Positions 39,963 to 53,475 of a stretch of 64,000 nucleotides of DNA are shown here, piece by piece. Every line of letters begins with the position of its first letter. Within the stretch, counting starts at the first letter, position 1. The notes beneath the pieces were generated by a model, which searched no databases, was not told the DNA's origin, and saw only the letters and a list, made by a program, of their open reading frames with translations. Origin of the DNA: Eledone cirrhosa (taxonomy: Eukaryota); the NCBI GenBank assembly GCA_964016885.1, contig OZ024746.1, positions 67,890,001 to 67,954,000 of the forward strand, written 5' to 3'. Position numbers and translations under genes: made by a program.

Positions 39963-42900
39963 ATTTATCGCACCATGCAACATAACTATTTGTTAAAGCT
40001 AGGTAGTAAACACAATGGTGGGATATAATATAAACACATGTTTTTAGCTATCTTAATTTTCCTTCTTTGAGTCTTCAACTCTTGATGCTGTTGTAGGGGT
40101 CTCTTGGACATTATAACTCCTGTTGGAAAAAAATGGAAAGCAAGGACAAAACCACTCCTGTAATGTGCCAGGAAACCTATTCCTTATGGTCACCAGAATC
40201 AGGTTTGACTTGATACAATGACATAGCTAGAGTTTGTACCACCCTGTACATACATGTGCTGTCTGAAGTCGACCACCACACACTAGCTATGCTCCTGATA
40301 TGATCGTTCTGTATAGAATTTTTACCATAAAATTCCATTAAAGAAAATTATTATTATTATCATATTTTTTTGGTGGTGGTTGTTAGGGGGGAGTTTATCA
40401 CATATCTATATTATTTTAGAATATTTGAGACTGCATGAGTTTTAAAGGAAAAAAAAAAATGTTACATTTTATTGTTCTACCTTGAGGGAACCTGCAGCTA
40501 ACCTCATAAATATTTTCAAAAAATATTTTAACAAAATATAGAAAATATTGATTTGAAGTTACTGTATAATTCATAAATAACAAACATTTTAGCTGTTCTT
40601 TTAACTTTAAAATACCAAAAATACAACAAAGAAAAACTTTTCTGATTAAATGTAACCTATTTCTCTTGAAATGAGGGCAATGTATATATATATATATATA
40701 TGTACCATCACATGTACATACATAAACACATTTATGCACAAATACATACAAATACAGATGTGTGTGCTGTGTTTGGTAGAATAGACATATGTAAATTGTA
40801 TTATTTAGTTTTATTTTGGTCCCTTCATATATGTTAATGATTCCTCAGGTTAATATAGAGATAAAGAGACAAAATTGCATCATCAGAGTAGCAGAGATAT
40901 TATTTTGATGTTATAATCATTCTAAAGAATGAATATATGAATAATGCAAGTACTATAGTGATTATAGTAAATGGACTTCCAGTGATTTCGACAATAGGTT
41001 TTCCAGTTGTTTGATAAAGAATTTGGCCTACTTGTAACATTAATGTGTACATGGCTAAGTACTTCACTGGCACATGTTCTTTAACGTAATTCTCAGGGAG
41101 ATTCAGCTTTATATTGTGTCTCAAGGATGATCTTTTGAACTTCAGATACAGTCAATTCATCAGGCTTCTATCTACCTAATTTAATTCATATGGCTTAGGT
41201 TGATCCAAGCCTATGGTAAAAGACCCTTGTCTGAGATACCCTGCAGTGAGATCAAATCCCAAACCTCATGATTGTGAAGTGAACTTTACCATTAGGCCAT
41301 TGCTTTATAGACAATTACAACACCAAATGTTGACTTAACATATGGGTTTATACAGGCCTCATAACCCTTTGGTTATTGGTTTCATTATTGGTTTCTGTAT
41401 GATGAGTTATTTGAAATCCTACCATTTAACATTAAAACAAGTGACAAATTGTCACAGGCCTTAGAGTGTCAGCTAGATTTCTTTGCAGTACTCATTCCAA
41501 CTCTCTATGATATGAGTTCAAATTTCTGCTGAGGTTAACTTTGCCTTTCATGTTTTGAAGATTGATAAATAAATTACGAGGAAGGAAAATTCTTAACTAC
41601 ACATCCATGTTTACACACATAGAGTGTACATAATCTCTCATTGAGTTTCTGCTTATTAAAAGTATTGGGAGAACCTCTTCCACATGGGCACAAGTATGAT
41701 TGTGTTTAAAAAGTTTACATCACACTCATCTCGTTCTTCACAGCCATCAATCTGATTGTGTGGCGCCTTAGATAAGTATCTCCTAACATGTATATCTTTT
41801 ACTGATGTATACCAATGCCAAAACCGAAAAACTGATGCTTTTTGAACGAAGTCCACTGTGATTTAGCCATCAGAACTTCAGTAAATCAATGATTGATCTA
41901 TTGAAAACCTATAACCAACAATACTATTTTTCTCCATTTGTGATATAAAATAGATAAAATAATTTAAAATAAACTAAGAGACGATGTTGCTGATTACCTT
42001 AAGCTGCAGTATTTGTTTCATATCTTAATTCAATATTTGTTTCAGTTATTATTTCTTACTAAAGGTTAGCTTATCTGTTACAGATTCTTGCTTTCTATCT
42101 AAAATAATCCACCTGATACTTTCAAAAAGATGAAAAGTTGAGAAGAGATAATATCAGCTCAGTAATGGTAAATCAGCTTTCTTATCACTTCTGAACACAG
42201 GATTAAACGCTGGGGGAAATAAATTGGTTCTACTAGATAATCTGTCAGAAAATAATTTTTTTAGATCAATAAAAATTATCTAAGGGAAAAAAATATTGGT
42301 TTTATTATTGATGCTTGCAGTTATTGTGCTTTCTTTATACAGCAGCAGTTATTTCTATTTCTCTTATATTGCTATTAACCTAGCTATATCCATTTCTATA
42401 CTTTTCCTATCTCAGTCATGTTGCTACAAGAAGTTTGCTTTCCAATCAAATGGTCCTAACTTCTTACCCTATATTTGTCCCTGTGAAAATATTTCCTCCA
42501 AAGTTACTCACATAGTTCATCCTGTATGTCATTTGTACATATATATTTATTAAACATTTATGTAATTATATCATGGAAATAAGTTCTTAAAATATCTGGT
42601 CTTCCATAAAACATCTTCTCCAAGCTTGCATCTTGGAGAGGAAATATTAAGTTACAGACACATAATCTTCCATGAATGAAGGAGACCTTATATATTGCTA
42701 GAATTTTGTATGTAGCTATTTCACTTCCTTTGTATAGTAAGCAACCGAGCTGTGTTAGTAAACTTCCTTTATATGATTAGTATCCTTACTATAACTATGT
42801 AATTTCCTGTGTAGTTTGTGAAGAGAGTTTAAAATAGGACAAATACTCATTGAGCTGACCCTTCTCCTTTGTGCTCAAGTAGATATTGTATAGAGATTTG

Positions 42901-44212
42901 TTTACATTTATTTAGTGTATTGCTTATGCAAAATGTCAACTAAAACTTGAACTACTGCATTAGATTTACTCTATGATACAATTACAGTACTAATTTTTAT
43001 ATACACAAAAATGCAAGACAAAAATCCACCAGAAATTTAAGCAGTTCATCACTTTGATACAAGTATGCTATATTACACATAGCACAGTTCACAAGGCTAT
43101 GGCAGAAATTAAAAAAAAAATTAAAAATTTATGCCAAGTCTGAAGGCTCATCTGACCAGAGCTACTCCTGGTTTTATTGCCATTAAGCTACTCAGACAAC
43201 AAGAATCTCCACAGGACAGGATGCTAGTCTATTACAGAATTAACCCTCAGATGCTGCTGCAGGTACTTATTTTTAGCTGAGTTGATAGAAGCAATGTGCA
43301 ATGGAGTGCCTTGCTCAAGAACACAAGCATCACTCAGTTGAGAAATCATATTCACATCATTCTGATCGTAACGACATTTGCAAAAGGTTTCATTCACTAA
43401 AGCCAAATTTAAACTGACTGAATTATTGATTTTTTTCAACAGATAGTAAAAGCCAATATTGTTAATAAGAATGATATATATAACTAGTAAAACAAGAGTC
43501 AAAATAACTCTTCAGAAATAAATTAAAACTAGTAGCAATTGAAATCTGGAATGTTTTTAATTTGGTTCAGATTCTAATTATTTTTAAAAAAGAGGAAAAG
43601 TGAAAGTAATTAACTATATCAGAGTATGATACACTATGCAACTCGGCAAACATTTTCAAAATAAAAAAGTTCATTCTATTTACTTAACTTTGCAATGAAA
43701 TAAAAATAATGATTTTCTCTCTTTACTTAAGCAACCATGATCGAAATAAAATAAATCCTTTACTGGAATATTAAAAAAATATACATTTTAAAGTATTGCT
43801 GATGCTTACAAAGCTCTTAATATCAAGCAGTTACAGAGAGAAATAGAAATTTCTTAAAGGAATTCAAATTATTTACAATCAAAACATGAAAATAAATTAC
43901 TGAATGTCAAATGAACTGAACTTCAAGTATTAAGTCAATAGATGAGCGGCAAAACTGGATAAAGGATTCAGAGGAGTTTTTTCTTTTTATTTCTTTGTTT
44001 TACAAGAGAAATAAGTAGTCGTTCATCTGACATATAAGAAAGAAGCAAAACACTAAATATATTCCTGAATTACTTTAAGCAGAACAAAGAAATTAATTTC
44101 TATGTTTGCCAAATTTTCTCCTAAGAATTATTATTTGGGAATTAATTGAAACAAAAACAACAAACAATTTGCTTCTAGAATCATATGATCTCATATTTCC
44201 CATATTTTATTG

Positions 44213-44214
<2 letters not shown>

Positions 44215-44310
<96 letters not shown>

Positions 44311-44502
44311 TATATGTATATATATAAATATATATATATATTTTTTTTTTTTTTTTAATGAAGAAATAATTATGAGCTCCATCAAAACATTCATGGGGCT
44401 TAAGGCTTCTTGCTCAAATTATTTGTATGTTAAATACTTGAGCAAGACAGAAAACAGAATGGGTAAGATTTCCTATTCATTCACTTCTTCAGTAATATTG
44501 TT

Positions 44503-44543
<41 letters not shown>

Positions 44544-44610
44544 TTGTATGTACATGTGTGTGTGTGTGTTTGTATGTACACACGCACATATATATATATA
44601 TATATATATA
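44215..44610. repeat. Compound (CA)n/(TA)n/(TG)n microsatellites
   Basis: Seen directly, with a unique spacer between the two blocks. Confidence 0.9.
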
Positions 44611-45371
44611 AATAAACAAAGAATTTATGTTTAGAAAGCAGAGTTGGAAAATTGAATAAGAAGAATTTGCCATAAATTTCACTTGTCCAGCAAACAAGAG
44701 GTGTGGGTTCAACTCCCAAGTAACTTGATGTTCATCCTTTTCCATTTAGTGAGTTAATATGCGCTGTTTTTATTAGACTATTGTAATTAGTAAAATTTAG
44801 AGTATGGTCTTCTAATTCTATATATATATCATCATTGTTTTAACATCTGCTTTCCCTGCTAGGAAGGGTTGGACCAGTCTACATAGACAAAGTCAGTATT
44901 GAAGCAAGCCACTGATTGACTGCTTGTCTTCCACAAACAACCTTGCCAGGACTTGTGCCTTGGAGGGGAACTTTTCTAGGTGCAAATCCCATGGTCATTT
45001 ATGACTGAGGGGGTTCTTTACCCTTCTCTCTCTCCTTCTCTCTCTCTATATATATATATATCTCATCATCATCATTAGACGGGTTGTCTGATTTGAGGCA
45101 ATTTGAAGTCAGCTGACCATGTCTTGCTCATAGAGAACCGATTTTGGCTTGGGTTCCAATCATATTGGCTGGATGCCAATCATATTTACAGTGAGTACTA
45201 GGTGCTTTTTGTTGTGACACTCACATGACCACTTTACAGTGTGGCCTGGGTGCTTTTCATCACAAAATATACACAACCACTTTACAGAGTTGGCTGGGCG
45301 CTTTTTGTCGTATCACCATCATGACCACTTCAGAGTGTGGGCTGGGAGGTTCTGGTGGGATGGGTGTGAGG

Positions 45372-45403
<32 letters not shown>

Positions 45404-45770
45404 TATATAAATAAGATCTCAACACAAATGCAAGCTACCTAAAGTTAACTGAGGTAGCAGACATAGAATGTCAATGTTCTATGCTGGTTGAGGTTTAAAA
45501 TCACAGGTAGCGTATATTTGTCTTGAGATTTTATTTATGTAATATATTTTGGCTCTGTACATTACATAGAATGCTTGTTTTTCCTTGATCTATTCTTTGG
45601 AAATTCTTAGCACTATATATATATATACTATGTGGCTTGACATATAATTCAGCAGTTAGACTGAAGTACCATTTAAGACATATCCATAAAAAATGAACCA
45701 AGAAAACTGTTGAACACTCATACATCAAAACACAATGGGAGAGTCCATTTTTTATATATATATATATATA

Positions 45771-46250
<480 letters not shown>

Positions 46251-46331
46251 AGGCATATATATATATATATATATATAGTATTTCTGCTTTTTCCTGCTTA
46301 TGAAATTATTAGCATTATTATGCCAATGCTG

Positions 46332-46523
46332 GGTGGTGGATTGACAGTATTGGTAGAGGGTCGGACACCATGCTTTTCAGCATAGAGTTACGACCCTTTA
46401 TGGTCTGAGTTCAAATACCGCCAAGGTTAACTTTGCCTTTCATCCTTATGGGGGCGGTAAAATAAAGTACCAGTAATGCACTGGGATAATTGCTGGCCTT
46501 GTGCCAAAAGTAGAAACAATTAT
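46332..46523 (+). mobile_element. SINE-A with TSD attattatgccaatgct
   Basis: Exact flanking repeat. Confidence 0.92.
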
Positions 46524-46626
46524 TATGCCAATGCTAGAAAGAATTATTATAGTACAGACATATTCTGTGGAGTTGTAAGTTTGCTTTACGACTGTGTAGT
46601 TTCAATGTATATTATATATTAAAACA

Positions 46627-46811
46627 GTGGATTGGCAGTATTGGTAGAGGGTCGGATGTTATGCTTTGACACAGAGTTACAGCCCTTGCCATTCTGAGAT
46701 CGAATCCCACTGAGGTTAACTTTGCTTTTCATCCTTACAAGGTCGATAAAATAAAGTACCAATAACACACTGGGTAATTGCTGGCCTTGTGCCAGAAAGT
46801 AGAAACAATTA
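46627..46811 (+). mobile_element. SINE-A with TSD attatatattaaaacagtg
   Basis: Exact flanking repeat. Confidence 0.9.
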
Positions 46812-47467
46812 TATATTAAAACAGTGTATAATATATATGTATTCATATTCTTACAACCAGGCCATGTTGCTTCAACAAAACAGTACATTCACTAAGCTTC
46901 AACAGAAAAGATATATCATTTTTAGAAATTGTTGACAAAAAATTCTTTACCATAAGTTAATATGAAAAAAAACAATTACCAGAATAACATTCTGATGAGG
47001 GTAAAACAAAGATAAATTTGCTCCAAATTATTTACACAAAAACTTAGTAAATATACAAATTCTAAGATTTCTCTACATTAATCTTGTCAGAATAAAGTGA
47101 ATATATATTTTAAATAGTATAATCAAAAGAAATTTTACTTACCTAAAAACGCAATAAAGCCACTAAAATGCAAGTTTTTACTGAGAATGGAAAAGGATAA
47201 GATGGAGAACATAATTCAAGGAGAGAAAAGATGGCAACTGATGTTGTGTTAACATTTTTGCAAATTGTAGTTTGTAGTGGTTAGGAAAGCAAGAAGCCAG
47301 AAGAGTGTGCTATAGGTGAGATGTGAGAGGAAAGGCACTATCAGAATAAGATTTACTATTACATTTAGGATCTTCAACTGTAAAGAGTTGAAATCTAGCT
47401 GCAAAGTATTATAGTAACTATTAATAAGAAATATTACATCAAAAGAATCTCTCTAAAAATGCAATAC

Positions 47468-47587
47468 CTGAGTGAAGTAGTAGTCAAATGCTGGGAGGTC
47501 CTCTTTCAGTAAGCGGTATGCATCAATAGGTACAAAAGTGATCCGGAAGAGACATCTAAAGTGACGTGAGCCTGGGCGGGCTGCAAC
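47468..47587 (-). CDS. FRMPD4: FRMPD4-like exon C: VAARPGSRHFRCLFRITFVPIDAYRLLKEDLPAFDYYFTQ
   Basis: tag acceptor, gtatt donor, 120 nt, phase 0/0. Carries the RCLFRIxFVP...AFxY motif. Confidence 0.93.
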
Positions 47588-47756
47588 CTAGAAGAACCAA
47601 AACCAGAAAAAGATTTCAAAATAATTTCTGATAAAATGTATTTTATAGATTAAAAACTATTCAATTGAACTACTTCAATATCTTTTAATTTTTCACACCA
47701 ACGTAGTTAGTCATCATTATCACATCCCTGCTTTTAATGCTGCCATAGATGTAATG

Positions 47757-48239
47757 AGATCGTGTGGAAGTCGGACCTTCATAGAGACCTGAAAATACGC
47801 CTCTTCATTGCTGTAGTGGAGTCTGTGCTGCTGTATGGGTCTGAGACTTGGACACTGACCAAGAAACTCACTCAGATGGTGGATGGATGCTACACAAGAA
47901 TGCTGAGGATGGCTCTGAACATTAATCAGTATACACTGAGGATGAAAAACTCAGAGCTGTATGGGAGCATCCCAAGAGTCAGCTCAAAAGTGACACAGAG
48001 GAGACTGAGGTTGGCTGGAAACGCTCACCGACATCCAGAGTTGACATTGCACTCAGTACTCCTTTGGGAGCCCCTACATGGACACACTAGAAGAGGAAGA
48101 CCAAGGTTAACGTATGTTGATGCCCTAAGGACAGACACTGGTCTGTTGGAGATGCAGGACATGGCAGCGATAATGAGGGACAGAGACCGCTGGAGAGAAC
48201 TCATCCATGGATCTCGGGTATTTTACCCGCCTGAGATAG
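47757..48239 (+). mobile_element. Young 5'-truncated RTE-like LINE with uninterrupted ORF end
   Basis: ORF KIRLFIAVVESVLLYGSETWTLT...RGRPRLTY...WR. TSD atagatgtaatg at 47745-47756 and 48240-48251. Confidence 0.92.
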
Positions 48240-48566
48240 ATAGATGTAATGCTTATATCATTAGTGACTTAAGTTTCACTGAAGCTGATGATTTTTAAAC
48301 CAGTTGACAAAACTTTGAAGTAAACAGACACAATTAGCAACAAATATTATCTTGACTCTATCACTCTGTGTGAGAATGTGTCTGTGTGTTTGTGTGTTTA
48401 TATATATATATATATATATAAATTTATCTATACTTCATCACCACTGATTCTGCTTGTTTCCAGTGTCATTTCTATTGATTTCTAATAATTCCTTAGTGAA
48501 AATTTTGATGAACTGCTTTAGTTAATTGTTTTATTTGCTTTTTAAATTTTGTTTTCTTTCTCTAAG

Positions 48567-48767
48567 GCATCTACATTACTCTATATTTACTATTGTACTT
48601 TCAAGGTAAAAGCTTTATCTCACATAATATCGAATCTATGAGATTTTGATATTATTTATTTTGAGAACAATAACTTAACATCAGTATGAGTGACCAGTTA
48701 TGGCCAGTTTAAACAGAAAGAGGTGAGAGAATTCTGGCTGGATATGGCCAATTTATATTCTAAAGGG
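48567..48767. mobile_element. piggyBac-type MITE P1 copy
   Basis: Matches 7962-8166. Confidence 0.75.
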
Positions 48768-48889
48768 TGAAGATATTTTGATTTGAAAGCAAACGTTTTT
48801 CATGGACCCCTAAAATATTATTGTAGACACCAAATCTACAATGTTTCTTTAGTGTGGACTGCCAAAATTCTTACATGGGGCCTATATAT

Positions 48890-49082
48890 ATCTGACGGAG
48901 TAGGTAGAAACTCTGTACATTGTACACAATGCAAATCTTGGGTACACAAGTGGTGTAGCAGGATAGCAGGCAGACTAATAGTAAAAGAAGACTTTCTATG
49001 TAATAGATGCTTAGGGAAAATTGATAGTATGAGTGACAGTGATATACAACTCTTTCAAATGCAGGTAGGATTCACAGAAGTG
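48890..49082 (+). mobile_element. RTE-like LINE fragment (PHD-like finger region)
   Basis: GVGRNSVHCTQCKSWVHKWCSRIAGRL..FLCNRC...FQMQVG, overlapping the 5' end of the 12 kb copy. Confidence 0.8.
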
Positions 49083-49090
49083 TATATGTA

Positions 49091-49093
<3 letters not shown>

Positions 49094-49165
<72 letters not shown>
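49094..49165. repeat. (GT)n microsatellite
   Basis: Seen directly. Confidence 0.97.
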
Positions 49166-49402
49166 GAATTAAAGACAATGTTCTACTCAAATTTAATATT
49201 TTTAAGAATTTTTCATAGTTCATTAGTAATTCATTATGTTTAGTTTAGAACAATTGTGTTCCTAAATCTATTAGCATTTTAAGACTTCCATAGGCTCATC
49301 ATCAGCAGGAAATGATAGCAGTATCCATATAATGAGGAAATATGACCCCACCTAATCGTGTCTATAATTTGTTAAAGCTGTTACTGATTCAAACAAATAC
49401 AA

Positions 49403-49651
49403 TGTATGTGTACATACACACCTACGTACATATGTATACACATATATATATATACATACATATATACGTACATACATATATATGTACATATATATATATA
49501 CATAGATATATACATATATACATACATATATATGTACATATATATACATAGATATATACATATATACATACATATATATATATATATACATACATATATA
49601 TGTACATATATATACATAGATATATACATATATACATACATATATATATAT

Positions 49652-49690
<39 letters not shown>

Positions 49691-49815
49691 CACATATACA
49701 TGTACATACATATATATGTACATACATATATATATATATATATATACATACATACATATATATGTACATATATATACATAGATATATAAATATATACATA
49801 CATATATATATATAT

Positions 49816-49856
<41 letters not shown>

Positions 49857-50055
49857 CACATATACATGTACATATATATGTACATACATATATATGTACA
49901 TACATATATACGCACGTACATATATACATACATACATATATACATACATACATACATATATATACGTACATACATACATATATACGTACATATATACGTA
50001 CATATATACATACATATATATGTACATATATATATACATATATATATACATACAT
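49403..50055. repeat. Compound TA/TACA/TGTACA satellite of about 650 bp with higher-order repeats
   Basis: Recurring unit catagatatatacatatatacatacatata. Confidence 0.95.
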
Positions 50056-50243
50056 TGCATGTTGTGTGATTGGTTTGTTCTTGAAAGTGTAATTTCCAAT
50101 GAAGAGTGAGAAATGAACAATGGGAACCATATGTTATTATGTTTTTAATGTAATAATCTAATCTATTAGATGTTAGTTGGAATTCTGTGCTGCTTGGTTG
50201 ATCAGGTTATTATATTTTGATATTATGAAGAAAGGATATTTGA

Positions 50244-50428
50244 ATATTGTTTCTACTTTAGGCACAAGGCCAGCAATTACCCAGTGCATTACTGATACTT
50301 TATTTTATCGACCCCGTAAGGATGAAAGGCAAAGTCAACCTCGGCGGGATTTGAACTCAGATCATAAAGGGACGTAACTATGCTGGAAAGCATGGCGTCC
50401 GACCCTCTACCGATACTGCCAATCCACA
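50244..50428 (-). mobile_element. SINE-A full-length
   Basis: Consensus match. Confidence 0.92.
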
Positions 50429-51167
50429 AGAAGATTGGACAGGCATGTTTGTATAGTGAAGAAGTTTATTTTATATCCAAATGATTTGGGGTTTGATACC
50501 ATTGCATGACACAATCAGTATGTCTTCTACTATAGTTTTGGGTAGACCAATGCCTTATAAGTGAAATCTGATAGGCAGAAACTTTGCAAAAGCCTATCAC
50601 ACATATGCATACATAAATATGTATGCTGCAGTGGTCTATGTGTGTGCTTGCCTCTATGTGGATAGTACTGATGTTTGTTTATGTCTTACATAAAACAATA
50701 TGTCCTGCAACTTAGTAGTTTGCCATGTGAAAACCAGTGGAATTACTACCTTACTTAAAAACAAGTGAGGCTAGGCATTATCTGGCTGTGGAATACTGGC
50801 ACAAAAGAATTCTTGTCCAAGCCAAGCTAGCATGGAAAAGTAAATGTGAAGATGATGATAATGATATATATCATAATTTCTTATTAAGGCACAATGAAGC
50901 AGGCATTAGAAAGGGAATTAAAATACAATCTGAATTACTACAATTCATTTAATTTACAACAGCAAACCCATTTGAAAAATATAATTTAAAACAAACTGTA
51001 GAGTTTTCAATGATTTTGTGAATGATTTCTGATTACCAGAACCCTTGAGCTTATGTGGAAGCTTCTATATTAGTAATTCTGAATAAGGAGCAAGTTTCCT
51101 CCCACCTTACGTGATAGAGGATAAATATATCATACCTGACAATACGTTATTATATAATCTATAGAAG

Positions 51168-51385
51168 GGTGGTGGATTGGCAGTATCAGTACAGTGTTGA
51201 ACAACAAGCTTGGCAGCATATAGTTATGACCTATTACATTTTGAGTTCAAATCCTGTCAAGGTTAGCTTTGTTTTTCATCCTTACGGGAGTCAATAAAAT
51301 AAGTACCAGTAATGCACTGGGTCGATTTAATCAACTTTCCCCTCCCTTCCAATTGCTGGTCTTGTGCCAAAATTAGAAACAATTA
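51168..51385 (+). mobile_element. SINE-A long form
   Basis: Contains the extra cgatttaatcaactttcccctcccttcc. Degenerate TSD ttatataatct. Confidence 0.85.
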
Positions 51386-51479
51386 TATAATCTGTAAAAG
51401 TTTATTAATAACATACTAAAATGTCACAAAGTGTTGCTAAAAGTAGTCATATATATATAGTTATAGATATATCTATAGA

Positions 51480-51785
51480 GAGAATGACCATGGTATTTGC
51501 ACCTAGAAAGTTTCCCTCCGAAGCACAAGTCAGGGCAGGGTTGTTTGTGGAAGACCAGCAGTCTCCCGTCTCCACACCACCGATGATGTCCAAGGGAAAG
51601 GTAATGGCAGATACAGCTTGACACCAGTGATGTCACAACTCATTTCTACAGCTGAGTAAACTGGAGTAACATGAAATAAAGTGTCTTGCTCAAGGACACA
51701 ACGCATCACCCAGTCCAAGAATCGAACTCACAAACTTCCGATTGCAAGCCCAATGCTCCAATCCCTAAGCCATGCACATTCACCT
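51480..51785 (-). mobile_element. SINE-B-head element with an alternative 3' half
   Basis: Same head and core as 15447, diverging after ctgtagaaatgag. Confidence 0.8.
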
Positions 51786-51838
51786 ATATATATATTTATA
51801 TAAGTAGTCATAGATATATATATATTAGACATATTATA

Positions 51839-51944
51839 TAATTGTTTCTACTTTAGGCACAAGGCCAGCAAATCACCAGTGCATTACTGGTACTTTATTT
51901 TATCGACCCCGTAAGGATGAAAGGCAAAGTCAACCTCGGCGGGA
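51839..51944 (-). mobile_element. 5'-truncated SINE-A
   Basis: Matches the consensus 3' half. Confidence 0.88.
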
Positions 51945-53254
51945 TAGATTGGTTATAAACATTTCTAACATTGGCACAAGGTCACAAATTTAGTAGGGTG
52001 CAAGTCGACTAGTTGATTATATTGACACCAGTACTCCACTGGTATTTTATTTTACTGACTGCAGAAAAGTAGAATTTTAATGTAGAAAGGGTTAGAAAAA
52101 ATATCACGAGGCATGTTTCTTTTTTTTTTGACACTCTACAGATTCTATTTATCTCGAGGAGCTAGAATGAAAGCATGACAAATTCTGTTGCTTTTTAGTC
52201 AATATTTTTGCATGGGAGTAAAGGAGTAAATGTTAAAATATATCATGTAAGGGAAGGAGGGGGAGAAAATTATAAGAAGAATTGAGAATCAGTGTTCTAT
52301 ATAGTCAGACCTGCTAGAAATCTTATCTAAATCACAACCTATTATCTTTAGACAAAAAGAAGCGAAAGAAATATATATACTGCATAATGTAATTTGAGAT
52401 TCTGGAAAGACAGAATGGTCATAGTTGGAATGTCTTTGGATCAGAATGATCATAGTTGGAATGTCATGGATCAACAGAATCTGGTTTGACCAGGGGTAAA
52501 ACAACAATAACAACAACAGCAGCAACAACAACAACAACATTAATAACAATAGCACTGGAGATTTTATATTATTAATGTTTCTTTCATTCTAACATGAACA
52601 TTTCTCAATTTAAGAAGTGTTGTTGGAAAGTTTCTGATAATAAATGTTGATTTTGGAATATCGGTATTGAATAAAGTGTTTAGAATTTTTCATACTCATA
52701 ATCAGGTCGGATTCTTCTATTTTAATTGAGGTATATAAATAGTTATTCAATTGTGTAAAACACGAAATTGAACTTATTTTCTAGATGCAGTGGAATCATA
52801 TTTTTAACTACACCAATTTCATTCATTCTTTTTATGCATCTATTCTGTAAACAACAAAGAATTTGATATTTCTTGAAAGAAAACAATTTATTATTTGTTC
52901 TGTAATGTAAATTTTATAGAAATCGTTATAATGTAAATAGAATGTACAGTGGAGAATGTGCAGTTTGTGCTGGGTACTGATGGATGAAAGGAAATATAAT
53001 ACATGTTATAACTAGTTTCTTTAGAAACTAGTTATAGATAATGGTTAAGAGATGGAGCAGATGTCTTCATAAATGGAAGTATTTTATAGATTCTGTTGTC
53101 TAAAAACTGTAGGGAATATTCTTTTATGCTTTTAATGTTTTTAAGTCAATCCTATCAATCTCAGTAGTTCTATTGTGCTGGAGGAAAAAATGCTTGGGTA
53201 AGCACATGATACTGATTATGTTTTTGATGCTAAAAGATCAATATAAATATTTAA

Positions 53255-53475
53255 CCCTTTAGTATTTAAACCAGCCACATCTAGCCAGAATTCTCTCACC
53301 TCTTTCTATTCAAATTGGCTGTAACTGGCTGCTCATACTGATGTCAAGGTATTATTCTCAAAATAAATAATATCAAAATAGCATAGATTCAATATTATGT
53401 GAGATAATTATGTGAGGTAAAGCCTTTACTGTGAAAATATAATAGTAAATATAGAGTAATGTAAATGCTAAATGC
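53255..53475. mobile_element. piggyBac-type MITE P1 copy (opposite orientation)
   Basis: TTAA|ccctttagtattta...taaatgctaaatgc|TTAA. Confidence 0.8.

Noticed and set aside
47762-48298. 178-aa ORF as a host gene
   Set aside because: It is a LINE RT C-terminus bounded by a TSD.
49342-50130. Long ORFs of 127-249 aa rich in Y/I/M/C/H/T
   Set aside because: These are translations of TA/CA microsatellite. The same applies at 44.1-44.7 kb and 46.0-46.4 kb.
53007-53036. Perfect 14-bp-stem palindrome; a similar short hairpin lies at 58137-58172
   Set aside because: Both are short and AT-rich, too small for a pre-miRNA, and have no other support.
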